NCBI RefSeq assembly: GCF_006345805.1
Contig: NW_021836931.1
Location: 1 to 22,091, forward strand
Reading direction: 5' to 3'
Length of the DNA stretch: 22,091 nt
Origin: Octopus sinensis
Lineage: Eukaryota
The notes beneath the pieces are model-generated. The model saw nothing but the letters and a program-made list of their open reading frames with translations. It had not been told where the DNA came from and did not search any database. Of the stretch, positions 1-10,171 are shown one piece after another; within the stretch, counting starts at the first letter, position 1; each line of letters begins with the position of its first letter. Both the position numbers and the translations under genes were made by a program.

Positions 1-179
1 GGAATTAAAAATTATAACCAGGTGGTAAACTAACATTACTTAAAATTATGAATGGAATAATGTAATAAAATAACAAACATCATAAATAGACATAAATTAC
101 TACAAATTATTTATTAAAACTACCATGATAAACTAAAACTCATAAATATATATATGAAAAAACCTCCCTTTACTAAACA

Positions 180-780
180 CTATAACAAACCTATATAGCA
201 ATCCCCCTAACCTATACATTCAAACACAAATACACACACATAAACCACACACCCACGACATATACAAATACCCACCTCACTCACACATACCTATACATAC
301 GTATATACCTCGATATATACACCAAAATTCACGCCCACACCCATACAGACAAATAAACATATACATCCCTAAAAATGGATGCAATCTCACGCACATCAAT
401 CATGCATGTATACAAGTGCATACACAAGCACACACTTTTACATAGCACCATGCACTCCCACATCTACACATGCACTTATACACACGCACACATACACACA
501 CACCCATGCAACATACATATTCACGGACACTCAAAAAACAATACACACAAATACACACATATATATACACACACCCACAACCATAACCATATACACACTC
601 TCACAAACATATACATACTTACAAACCTCGACATATACACCAATATATTCATTCCTACACTTAATAAATTATTAAAAAAATACATATACAAACATAAACA
701 TATATATATATCTAAAAAAATAAATATATATATATAAATATACATTCACACGTAACATCACATACTCATATATATAAGAA
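180..780. repeat. A/C-rich low-complexity (ACAT/ACAC-type) degenerate microsatellite tract
   Basis: Runs of acac/atac/cata units; the overlapping ORFs (375-737, 379-675, 521-745) are H/T/Y/I-biased translations of the repeat. Confidence 0.75.
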
Positions 781-807
781 ACAGTCTTTCAAAAAAGTAA
801 ATAAAAA

Positions 808-866
808 TTAATTTTTTTTCCCTGTAAATTTGGATTTATTCCCTAATATTTATTATTATACAATTA

Positions 867-875
<9 letters not shown>
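808..875. mobile_element. Terminus of an element related to the 16654-17864 fold-back element (probably Penelope-associated)
   Basis: 808-844 aattttttttccctgtaaatttggatttattccct aligns with aatttttttacctgtaagtttggatttatattccct at ~17812-17847; both are followed by ...aattatata and a (TA)n array. Confidence 0.5.
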
Positions 876-898
<23 letters not shown>

Positions 899-899
899 G
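868..899. repeat. (TA)n microsatellite
   Basis: Direct inspection. Confidence 0.9.
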
Positions 900-1929
900 T
901 TTGTGCTTGCTGAGGCGGTTTGCAATCCTTGTCCGTCGTCTCATAGAATCCTCCTTTCTCTAGGGATCCTGTTTTTGTTCTTGTGTGTGCTGGCCCTGCA
1001 CACTTGGACATATTTGTTACATATGGCTTGTATTATGACATGAAGTGTTTGTGTTTCATGTTTATGTCCGGTGTGGAGACATTCAGGCCAATCCTGTTTG
1101 AGGATCTCTTTCTCAATCAACTTCCAGTTGGCTTTATGAAAGTTTAAGTTGGAGAGATGGTGGGTGCTTCGTATAGGCTGTGTGTCTGCGGGGGCTTTTG
1201 TTCCCGTTCATACATACAGAAGCTCTATTATGTTGTGATCCGAGATCATTGTCGGCATCACATTAACATTATGGATAATATCCATATTGTTTGTGAAGCA
1301 GAGATCCAGTATATTATCTGCCCTTGTTGGTTGCAGAACTATTTGCTCCATGAAGAGGCATTTGTGAGATGGGCAGGGACTCCACCTGTGCCTGCTGATG
1401 GTGTGTCATCCCTGGGAGCATCTGCCCCCCGCCATTCCACATTGGGGAGGTTAAAGTCACCCATGAAGAATACACTGTTGTGCTGTTCAAGGTTGGTGAG
1501 GACTTCTCCTATTTTTGTTAGGCAGTTCTTCAAACATGCCTGAGTGTTTTGGGGCCATCTGGTGGCGATATGTAGTGCATATGACGATATTCAGTTGTCT
1601 TATGTGTACAATTTGAGTTTCACATACTGAGTTTGAATATGACAGCAGACCTGGGCGTGAGTCATCTCGGATGTACATTGCAACTCCACCATGGCTCCTC
1701 CCTTTTCTATCTGTGCGTATGACTGCATATTCGGCATGTGTATTTCTGCATCACCTATATCGGGTTCAAGATGCGTTTCTTGTGAGTGCCATGCATATAG
1801 CTTGATTGCATGTCACAGGTCTCTCAGGAATGAAATTTTCTTTTTACAGTTTCCGCGCAGCAGCCCTCCTACATTCAGTAGAAATATTTTTGTGTGTGTG
1901 TGGTTTGGTGTTGGTGTCGTGGTGGCCAT
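900..1929 (-). pseudogene. ORF2 remnant of LINE copy A: apurinic-like endonuclease (APE) domain plus downstream linker, frameshifted
   Basis: MATTTPTPNHTHTKIFLLNVGGL (ATG at 1929), LLSYSNSVCET, ICTTYR, FFMGDFNLPNVEW (ORF track 1813-2022, 1487-1678, 1339-1533); 900-1120 reverse-complements to IEKEILKQDWPECL...IPRERRIL, matching copy B. Confidence 0.85.
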
Positions 1930-2754
1930 CCTGCATCTGTTGGAGGTGGCCTTATGTGGTGGTAGTTCCAGCTTTGTGCTTGTAGCCAGGTCAGCTGCTG
2001 AACAATTTTTTGTGCCATGCACAAAAAGATTGCTGTTCAGCTGCCGCCCTTCTCACATCTGGTGAAGCTGGCCACCGTTTGGTTTCCGCGCACCACATCT
2101 GCATACCGTCTTTCAGTAGTGGTCAGTGCGCTTTTTTCCTTCTTTTTAACTTTTTCTTTTGTTTTTGTTCTCCCTGAGGGGGGACCTCTGTCTCGCGTCC
2201 GTGCGGTTTTGGTAGGGGCCTCCGATGTGCAAAGCGACAGTTTGCACCTCGACGCCGTACCAGCAGTCCCCCCTCAGGTAGAATTTGCAGGTGTTTCTTT
2301 TCCCTGCCCTTACAGTTTTTTGCCGGGGTCCCTCTGCTTTCTCTGGACAGGGCTTCCTTAGCCTGATTCTGTCACCCTTTACCTCCTGCTTCCCATCATT
2401 CCAGGGTGCCTTTCCTTTCTTGCGGCCATCGCACCTCTTTGGTCTTCAGTTGTGGTGTTGGAAGCTGGACATGTGTCATCGTTTCCCTGTGTTCCAGGCT
2501 TCTCCATTTGGTTCTGGATGCTTTCTTCATCCTTTTGGCCCTCCCAGGATGATGTCCAGGGTGTCTACATGTTGCCTGATTAGAGCGTACGAATGGATAA
2601 ATTCTCTCTTCTTTCGCTCTATCTGGGCGGTGGTTCTCGAAAAATTGTTGCTTTTCAGTGCCGCAGCAATAATATTGTTCGGCGAGTCGTCCTCAGCAAT
2701 CCTCCAAGCGCGGACGAACAATTGCACCTCTCTCGCAGACCAGTTTCTTGCCAT
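1875..2754 (-). pseudogene. ORF1 remnant of LINE copy A: N-terminal Myb/SANT-like domain, CCCH zinc finger (2225-2289), RRYADVV motif
   Basis: ORF 2527-2754 aligns gap-free with copy B ORF1 (39/70 identical by hand count); CKFYLRGDC..GANCRFAH across a 1-nt frameshift; putative ORF1 stop TGA at 1875-1877. Confidence 0.7.
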
Positions 2755-2764
2755 TTTCTTCTAG

Positions 2765-3640
2765 TGAAATATAGGAACAGAGAGAGAGATAGAGAAGGAG
2801 AGATAAGATGGAGAGGGGAAGAGAAAGGAGAAAAGCCAGGGGGAATAGAGAGAGACGAGGGATTGTCCTGAGAGAAGAGAGAAAAGAGAAAATAAAGGGA
2901 AAAAAGAGAAAGGAGAAAGAATGGCAGGTCAGCAGGAGAGAGTGAGCAGGATAGAGGTGTAGTAAGAAGGGACAGGGTGGAAAGTGAGACAAGAGGTTGG
3001 ACCCTAGGGTAAGCGGGAGAGAAAGGCGGAGAGGTAAAATGGATAGGAAGAGAGAAGAGAGAGATGAAATGGAGAGGGAGGAGAGGGCAGGATGAGTTAC
3101 CACAGGGAGTGAAGTAAGGGACAGAGAGGGTGGTGTGGAGGAAGGAGACAGAGAGAGGAAAAAGAGACAGGAGGGGGGTGAGCCTTAGAGGGAGCAGGGA
3201 GAGGAAAGGTATGAAGAAAAAAGGGAGAGGGAAGAGGGGGGGCTCAACAGAGTGTAGTAAAGGGACAGGGAGGGTGGTGTAGGAAAGAAATAAGGGGACA
3301 GAAGGGGAAAGGAAAAAGGGGTTTGACCTGTGAAGGAGCGGAGAGGAAAGAGGCAGAGAGAGGGAGGTGGAGTAACAGAGAGAGAGAGAGAGGGCGGTAT
3401 ATAGATACAAGAGAGAATGGTTAAGTGAGGAACCGAGAGGGGGGTGAGGTGAGAGAAAGTTGATCTGAGAGAGATGCAGAAAGAGAAACGATGGCAGAGG
3501 GAGAGAGAGGGAGGAGGGGAGAGTGAGAGCGGAAATAGAGGGTCTGGTGGATGGGAGACAGATAAGGTATAAACTGTATGAGAGAGATATAATAGAATGA
3601 GAAAGAGAAAAAGAGAAGGAGAGATTATAAAGATAGAATA
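2765..3640. repeat. GA-rich polypurine tract (CT-rich in the sense of LINE copy A leader)
   Basis: About 0.9 kb dominated by G/A on the + strand, immediately upstream of the copy A ORF1 ATG. Confidence 0.85.
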
Positions 3641-3878
3641 GCACGTATTTTATATCTTTTTATTATTATTTTCTTCTGTTTGAAAGAACACTAATGATAA
3701 CAAATAATAAAATGTATGAGAGAGATAGAAATAGAAATGTAAGAAAGAGAAAGAGAGAGTGTGTGGCAGGTACGGAGGACGAAATTATAAAGATTATAAA
3801 GATAGAATAGCACGTATTTTTATTTCTTTTTTAATTATTATTTTCTGTTTGAAAGAACACTAATGATAACAAATAAAT
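3622..3878. repeat. ~90-bp direct repeat pair (3622-3710 / 3791-3878)
   Basis: agattataaagatagaatagcacgtatttt...ttctgtttgaaagaacactaatgataacaaataa occurs twice, offset 169 nt. Confidence 0.85.
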
Positions 3879-4415
3879 AATATCTTCCTTACCTTACCGG
3901 CTGAGAGAGAATACTTACGTGATTCCTTTTTATAAGAAAGGAAGATAGATAGATAAGATAGACCTTCGATATTCCTTAATCGTATTTTGTAAACAAAAGG
4001 GATAAGAGTTCCGATTTCGTACATGCAACAGTTTAACGATACTTTCTATATTTTCCTAAGCGATTTGGTATTAAGCAGCAAAATTTTCAGAGGCTTTCAG
4101 AACACGCAGATATACATCAAAAACGAAAATATCCTTCTCAAAAATACTGTGTCTTGTTGATTCACAGACAAAGAATAAAATTCACTTCGATTTCGGGAAG
4201 TAACACACGTGCGTTTTAGCACGTGTATTCGCGAGTATGTTCTAGTTGCAAATACTATATCAAAAGCGAAAATATTCTTCTCAAATACAGTGACTTGTTG
4301 TACTCTCACTTATATTCGCTTTGCAGACAATTTCGCTTCTGATACCATTGATCTCTGGAAGGACTTCTTTAATCTTTAAGAGAGACACGTTAACACACAC
4401 TTGTTGTTAGTTCAG

Positions 4416-4425
4416 CGCCATCTTG
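4416..4425 (-). promoter_or_regulatory. YY1-type motif CAAGATGGCG at the apparent 5' end of LINE copy A
   Basis: + strand cgccatcttg lies 2-3 nt from the microsatellite boundary and matches the YY1 consensus AAGATGGCG. Function untested. Confidence 0.5.
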
Positions 4426-4427
4426 CT

Positions 4428-4850
4428 ATGTATATATATATATATGTACATATATATATGTATATATATATATGTTATATATATATATATATATGTACAT
4501 ATATATATTTATATATATATATATTTATATATATATATATATATATAATGTATATTATATATGTAATATATATATGTACATTATAAATATGTACATATAT
4601 ATATATATATATATAATATATGTACATATATATATGTATATATATATATATGTGTACATAGATATATGTATATATATATATATGTTATATATATATATTA
4701 TATGTACATATATATTTTTATATATATATATATATTATGTATATATATATGTACTATATAATGTATATATATATTGTAATATATATGTACTATATATATA
4801 TATATATATATGTATATGTATATATATATGTATATATATATGTACATATA
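4428..4850. repeat. Compound (TA)n microsatellite with periodic TGTACA interruptions
   Basis: Direct inspection. Confidence 0.95.
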
Positions 4851-4859
4851 CACTTCCGG
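4851..4859 (+). promoter_or_regulatory. ETS/GABP-type motif CACTTCCGG at the apparent 5' end of LINE copy B
   Basis: The first non-microsatellite bases are cacttccgg (reverse complement CCGGAAGTG, ETS consensus); E-box cacgtg ~20 nt downstream. Function untested. Confidence 0.45.
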
Positions 4860-5257
4860 CTTCGTAGAGTAAACACGTGTTGTCTTGCTCTGCGATAAAA
4901 AAAACAAGAAGGGTTGCATATAAGTCGACGAAATAATTTGGCGAACACTCACAAAAAACTATTATTACCTTATAGACGCATACTTGGACATTTTGTTTAA
5001 AATCCGCAATATATTTTGCCACAAGTCAAGTATTGTTCACTTGTGCTCGCAACACACACAAGATTTCTCCCTGTCGAAAAAGCACATGGAATCTTCTAAA
5101 TTTATTTCCAGTCGACTCAAATAGCAAAAGGAAAAAGAAACCTCTTCGTATTCTTTAATAAGATAGTAATCGAATTCTTTTTTATATCTCCGAATTCTTG
5201 TTTAAATTCGTAATTCCGGCATATCTATCCTAAATATAAAAATATTATTTGTCACAT

Positions 5258-5571
5258 GCGTGTATATATCTGTATGTATATGTGTATCGAATTCTTGTTT
5301 ATATCTCCGTAAATTCTTGTTTTACCGTTAATTCCCGTATATCTATGTGTATGTATATGTGTGTGTTAGAAGTATAGTCGCAATTAGTTTTTATTTTAGA
5401 AGACATTGTCTGTAGCGTGTATATATCTGTATGTATATGTGTATCGAATTCTTGTTTATATCTCCGTAAATTCTTGTTTTACCGTTAATTCCCGTATATC
5501 TATGTGTATGTATATGTGTGTGTTAGAAATATAGTCGCAATTAGTTTTTATTTTAGAAGACATTGTCTGTA
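5258..5571 (+). repeat. Tandem duplication, 2 x 157 bp, in the LINE copy B leader
   Basis: 5258-5414 and 5415-5571 are identical except one substitution (gttagaagtata / gttagaaatata). Confidence 0.95.
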
Positions 5572-5829
5572 GTGACGGACAAATATATATTTTCTTTTCT
5601 CTTTTTCTCTGCTTAAATTCTGTAAAATCTCTTGGATTGTTTTCTTTCAGCTATTATTATTATTTCAGCTATTTTATTATTCAGCTATTTTATTATTTTA
5701 TTATTTCAGCTATTTTATTATTATTATTATTGTTTCCTTATATACTCACTTGGTACTATTGTTTATATATGTGCATGTGCACACATGTGTATATGTGTGT
5801 ATATATATGTATGTGTGCGCGTGTATGTG

Positions 5830-6200
5830 TGTGTACAAATAGCTTCGTTTAGAATTCTCCCCTCTCTGTCTGTCTCTTCAGTTCTCTCCCTCACGCTTCT
5901 CCTTGTCTCTCCATAACTCTCTTCTATCTTACTCCCCTCTTTCAAATATATAAATTCTCTCTATATTTCTTCCTTCTCCCTATCTCTCCCTATCTCTTCA
6001 GTTTCTCTCCCGCTTCTCCTTGTCTCTCCATCACTCTCTTCTATCTTACTCTCCTCTCTCGGATACATATAAGGACATAGACGCTTTCTCTCTCTTCCTT
6101 CAGCTCTCAGTCTCTCCTCTTCCTCTTCTCTCTTACTCTCGGCTCCCAATTTCTCCTTAAGTACATAGACGCTCTCTTTCTCTACTTCCTCCCTACCCCC
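5830..6200 (+). repeat. CT-rich polypyrimidine tract with internal ~65-bp duplication (5874-5940 / 5994-6060) preceding ORF1 of copy B
   Basis: ctcttcagtt..ctctccc..cgcttctccttgtctctccat.actctcttctatcttactc.cctct is present twice. Confidence 0.8.
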
Positions 6201-6273
6201 TATTGCACTATTAGATTAATATAAATTAATATAATATAATTAGATAGATAGATAGATAGATAAAATATCAAGA

Positions 6274-7154
6274 ATGTCCAGAACCTGGAAACGTGACGAA
6301 CTGGCGTGGTTCCTGCGAGGATGGCAATGCGCTGACGGAGAAAATCCAAATAATATAATTACGGCTGCGCTGAAGAACAACGGATACAAAAGGATGTCAG
6401 CTCAAATAGAGCGGAAGAAGCAAGAATTTATACGCTCCTACGCACTTGTCAGATCGCACATAAACACGCTGGATGCCATTTTTGACAGTGAAAAACGCGA
6501 ACAAAGTAAAGATGGCAAGGATAGAGGCGCGGGCGCTGATGAGGAGGGTCACCTCCACCTGGTAGACGCCCAGGAAGAAAACTCCAGTGAGAGGCCTGCC
6601 CGGGAGATGAACCCAGGTGCGGATGCTCCTACTAGCACCAAAAGCCATGACATGGAGATGAAAAAACCAAAAAAGGAAGAAAAACTGAAGCTAAAACTCA
6701 GACAAAGCCAAGGGGCAAGGCAGCCAGGGATAGAGGCAAACCTAACTATCCATATGCCAAAAAGGATGGAAACAAGCAGCGCACACGGGTATGTAGGTTC
6801 TACCTGAAAGGTGCCTGCCGGCATGAGAGGAAGGTGCAGGCTGCCGCTTTGCACATCCTGGACCCTGCCACAGAAACCAACCACCGAAAGGAAATGGGAT
6901 GGACCACGCATCACCTGCCCCAAAACGGAGGTACGCAGATGTGGTGCGTACCACAAACCACCAACGTGTTGTGAAAGGGCAGCTGCTGAGCAGAATCTTT
7001 TTTGTGCATGCACAAAGATTGTACAGCAGCTACCTGGCTCCATCAGGCTCAGGCTCACAGATGGACTGCCCACAGTTCACAAGACCGCCACAGCAGATGG
7101 ACCCAGGGACAACCGCCGTCAACAGCATACACCTCACCTCGATGCTCCTACTGA
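6274..7154 (+). pseudogene. ORF1 of LINE copy B: Myb/SANT-like domain, basic linker, CCCH zinc finger (6792-6856), RRYADVV; several 1-nt frameshifts
   Basis: MSRTWKRDELAWFLRGW...IITAALKNNGYKRMSAQIERKKQEFIRSY fits the trihelix/Myb-SANT-like pattern (W..E...W...GY.R...Q..K); CRFYLKGAC (from 6792) + GAGCRFAHPGPC (from 6833); putative stop TGA at 7152-7154. Confidence 0.75.
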
Positions 7155-9888
7155 ACATCAGAGGACTACTAACACACAGTAACAGGACAAAAGTCCCGTT
7201 CCTGAGAGACTTTGTCGTCATGCAATCAAGCCTTATGCATAGCACTCACAGAAACGCACCTGAAACCGGACATAGCAGATGCGAATTACACATACCACAG
7301 TATGTTGTACTACGGACCGACAGGAAAGAAAGGAGTCATGGAGGAGTTGCTATGTACATCCGTGGGGACCGCACACCCCAGGTCCTTTTGTCATACTCAA
7401 ACTCGGTGTGTGACACACTAATTGTACACATAAGGCAACTTGATGTAGTTGTGTGTGCTACATATCGCCCTCCAGATGCCCCAAGTCATATGGGCAAGTT
7501 TGAGGACTGCCGTTTAAAAATAGAAGAAGTTCTAATCACATTAGAACAACACATAAGTGTACTTCTCATGGGAGACTTCAATCTACCCAATGTCAGATGG
7601 CCCGAGGGCCTTTCTCTCCCAGGAATGACAAGATGTGAACGAGGACAGGCGAGGTCCCTCCTGAACCTCATCAACACCCTGTACATGGAGCAAGTAATAC
7701 TCCAACCAACCCACCAGCAGGTAACACACTGGATCTCTGCTTCACAAATAATATGGATCTCATCCATAATGTGAAAGTGACACCGACACTACTCTCGGAT
7801 CACAACATGGTAGAGCTGACCATGTACGGGCCAAAAGAGAGCACGGACATGCAGCCTACAAGAAACCCTCAGAATCTTTCCAGCTTGAACTTCAATAAGG
7901 CAAACTGGAAACAAATTGAGAAAGAGATCCTCAAACAAACTGGCCTGAATGTCTCTCCTCGCCGGACATCGATATGATACTTCAACAATTCATGTCTGTA
8001 ATGCAAGCCATATGCTACAAATGTGTCCCAGAGAGAAAGGCCACTGTACACAAGAACAAAATCCCCAGAGAGAGGAAAATTTTAATGAGACGGCGTACAA
8101 AAATTTCAAATCGCCTAAACAAACAAATTGAAAGCAGTGAAAAGTCCCGCCTGAAAATAAAACTGTTGGAAATTGAAAATTGTCTGCAACTCTCCCATGA
8201 GAAGGAAAGAGCAGACAAAGAAGCCTTAAAAACTAACCCCAGAGCTTTCTACAGGTATGCCAAAGAAACAGCTACGGTGCACTGCAGGATAGGGCCACTC
8301 CTTGAAAAGGATGGCACACTCACAGGAAAACCAATGAGGGTAAGTGAAATACTGAATGAACAATTCAAGAGTGTTTTCACTCCACCCCTTGGGCATTTCC
8401 AAATCAGCAATCCAACTGACTTCTTTACCACTGCAGATATAGAATCAGAGGCGGCGACGATAAATTACATCGATATAAAGGAAGATGATGTAATAAAGGC
8501 TATAGATGAAATGAAAACAGACTCAGCTATTGGCCCCGATAGATTCCCGGCAATCCTCCTAAAAGTATGTAAGAGAGTCCTAGCAAGACCACTGCAGTTC
8601 CTCTTTCAGAGCTTCCTTGCAGCTGGCAAACTTCCAAGAAAACTGAAGGAAGGTAAAATATGCCCTATTCATAAAGGAGGTAGCAGAGCGGAGGCCAAGA
8701 ACTACAGACCTATCTCTCTGACCTCACACATCAGCAAGGTCATGGAACGAATAGTCAGAAGAAACTAATCACCTTCCTTGAAGAAAATGACTTGCTGCCT
8801 GACACCCAACATGGTTTCCGACCAGGAAGAAGCTGCTTAACTCAGCTCCTGCAGCACTATGACTGGGTGCTGAAACAACTGCTCAACCACTCAAATGTGG
8901 AAGTCATATATCTCGACTTCGCAAAGGCCTTCGATAAAGTCGATCATGGAATGATATGTCACAAACTGCGTGATCTTGGCATAGTTGGAAAACTAGGAGA
9001 ATGGCTTCATAACTTTCTGAAGAATAGAAGTCAGGTGGTAGCAGCCACTTCCATTAGCACGCAAATAGTGAGCGGTGTTCCACAGGGCACTGTTTTGGGA
9101 ACACTGCTGTTCATAATGGCCCTCTCAGACATGCCCTCAGCCACGCGGAGAGCCACGATCACAAGTTATGCAGATGATACAAAAGTTTCACAGGCAGATG
9201 ATACAAAAGTTTCACATGTTGCTAAACTGACAATGAAATGCAGACGGCTGGCTGGATGGATTCTTAGAACCTTTAGAACAAGAGAACAAGAAACCATGAT
9301 GGTCCTCTGGAAGACACTTGTCCTAAGCCACTTTGACTATTGCTCTCAGCTATGGTCACCATCCAGTGTCAAGTTGATCACAGAACTTGAGGCGATCCAA
9401 CGAAGCTACACGAAGAAGATAGCCTCTGTGCAGCATACGAGCTACTGGGAGAGACTCAAGAGATTAAAGCTCTATTCCCTGGAGCGTAGGTGAGAAAGAT
9501 ATGCCATAATATATATCTGGAAGATCCTGGAAGGTCTTTTCCCAGACTTGTGTCCTGAACTTTGTGTCCTGAACTTTGTGTCCTGAACTTTGGCATCGAG
9601 AGTCACACAAATGCCAGAACCGGGCGCCACTGCGTAGTACCAAGGACTCCAAATTTGCCATCAAGATGTAGGACAAGATATTGTGATAGCCTGGGCTTCA
9701 GAGGCCCACGGCTCTTCAATGTCCTCCCGAAGAACCTGAGGGACCTGCATGGTGTAGATGCGGATGTCTTTAAAGCAGGACTGGAATCTCTTCCTGTCAG
9801 GTGTCCCGGATGAACCAACTTCACGCAGGAGGTGCAGATGAGGGCAGCTGCATCGAACTCTCTCATGCATCAGATGGCCGTTTGCTAA
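7097..9888 (+). pseudogene. ORF2 of LINE copy B: APE endonuclease + CR1-type reverse transcriptase, frameshifted and internally deleted
   Basis: LLLNIRGL, LTETHL, HGGVAMY, YRPP, MGDFNLP, LSDH (APE); YRPISLTSHISKVMER, QHGFRPGRSCLTQLL, YLDFAKAFDKVDH, SGVPQGTVLG, YADDTK, DYCSQLWSP, LKLYSLERR (CR1-group RT); stop TAA at 9886-9888. Confidence 0.93.
9548..9589 (+). repeat. 3 x 14-bp tandem repeat (ttgtgtcctgaact) inside ORF2 of copy B
   Basis: Direct inspection; the two extra units (28 nt) shift the reading frame. Confidence 0.9.
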
Positions 9889-9978
9889 AAAGCATCCGTA
9901 GGTAACCCGTGTAGCAACCAAATGGCGGTGCCCCAGCATGGCCACAGCCCCTAGCTGAAACTGGAAAAATCAAAATCA

Positions 9979-10140
9979 TATATATATGTATATATATGTA
10001 CATATATATTATATATCTATTATATAATTATATGTCTATATATATATTATATGTACATATATATATTGTATATATATATATGTACATATATATATGTTAT
10101 ATACAATATATGTACATATGTATATATATATATATCAATG

Positions 10141-10171
<31 letters not shown>

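Larger units (their letters stand above)
900..4427 (-). mobile_element. CR1-group non-LTR retrotransposon, copy A: apparent 5' end, leader, ORF1 and APE part of ORF2; broken before the RT domain
   Basis: Minus-strand translation gives ORF1 and APE segments collinear with copy B (6274-8130). The sequence stops at ...NRLSKHK at ~900 against a (TA)n array. Assigning 2755-4427 as leader is inference from its architecture and the microsatellite boundary at 4428. Confidence 0.8.
4851..9978 (+). mobile_element. CR1-group non-LTR retrotransposon, copy B: near full length, with ~1.4-kb leader, ORF1, ORF2 (APE-RT), short 3' UTR and AAAATC x2 tail; degenerate
   Basis: ORF1 ATG at 6274; APE and RT motifs (see ORF2 entry); 3' end tggcggtgccccagcatggccacagc...gctgaaactggaaaaatcaaaatca; (TA)n on both sides. 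The leader assignment is inference. Confidence 0.85.

Noticed and set aside
375-745. His/Thr/Tyr/Ile-rich ORFs, and all YIYI/CVCV-type ORFs at 4401-5022, 9996-11046, 14322-15351 and 21512-21989
   Set aside because: Translations of microsatellites that happen to lack stops.
2655-3644. 329-aa Leu/Ser/Pro/Phe-rich ORF on the minus strand
   Set aside because: Translation of the CT-rich low-complexity tract; no domain features.
6669-6675. A AAA AAG slippery-like heptamer in ORF1 of copy B
   Set aside because: It lies in an A-rich run prone to indels and has no counterpart in copy A.
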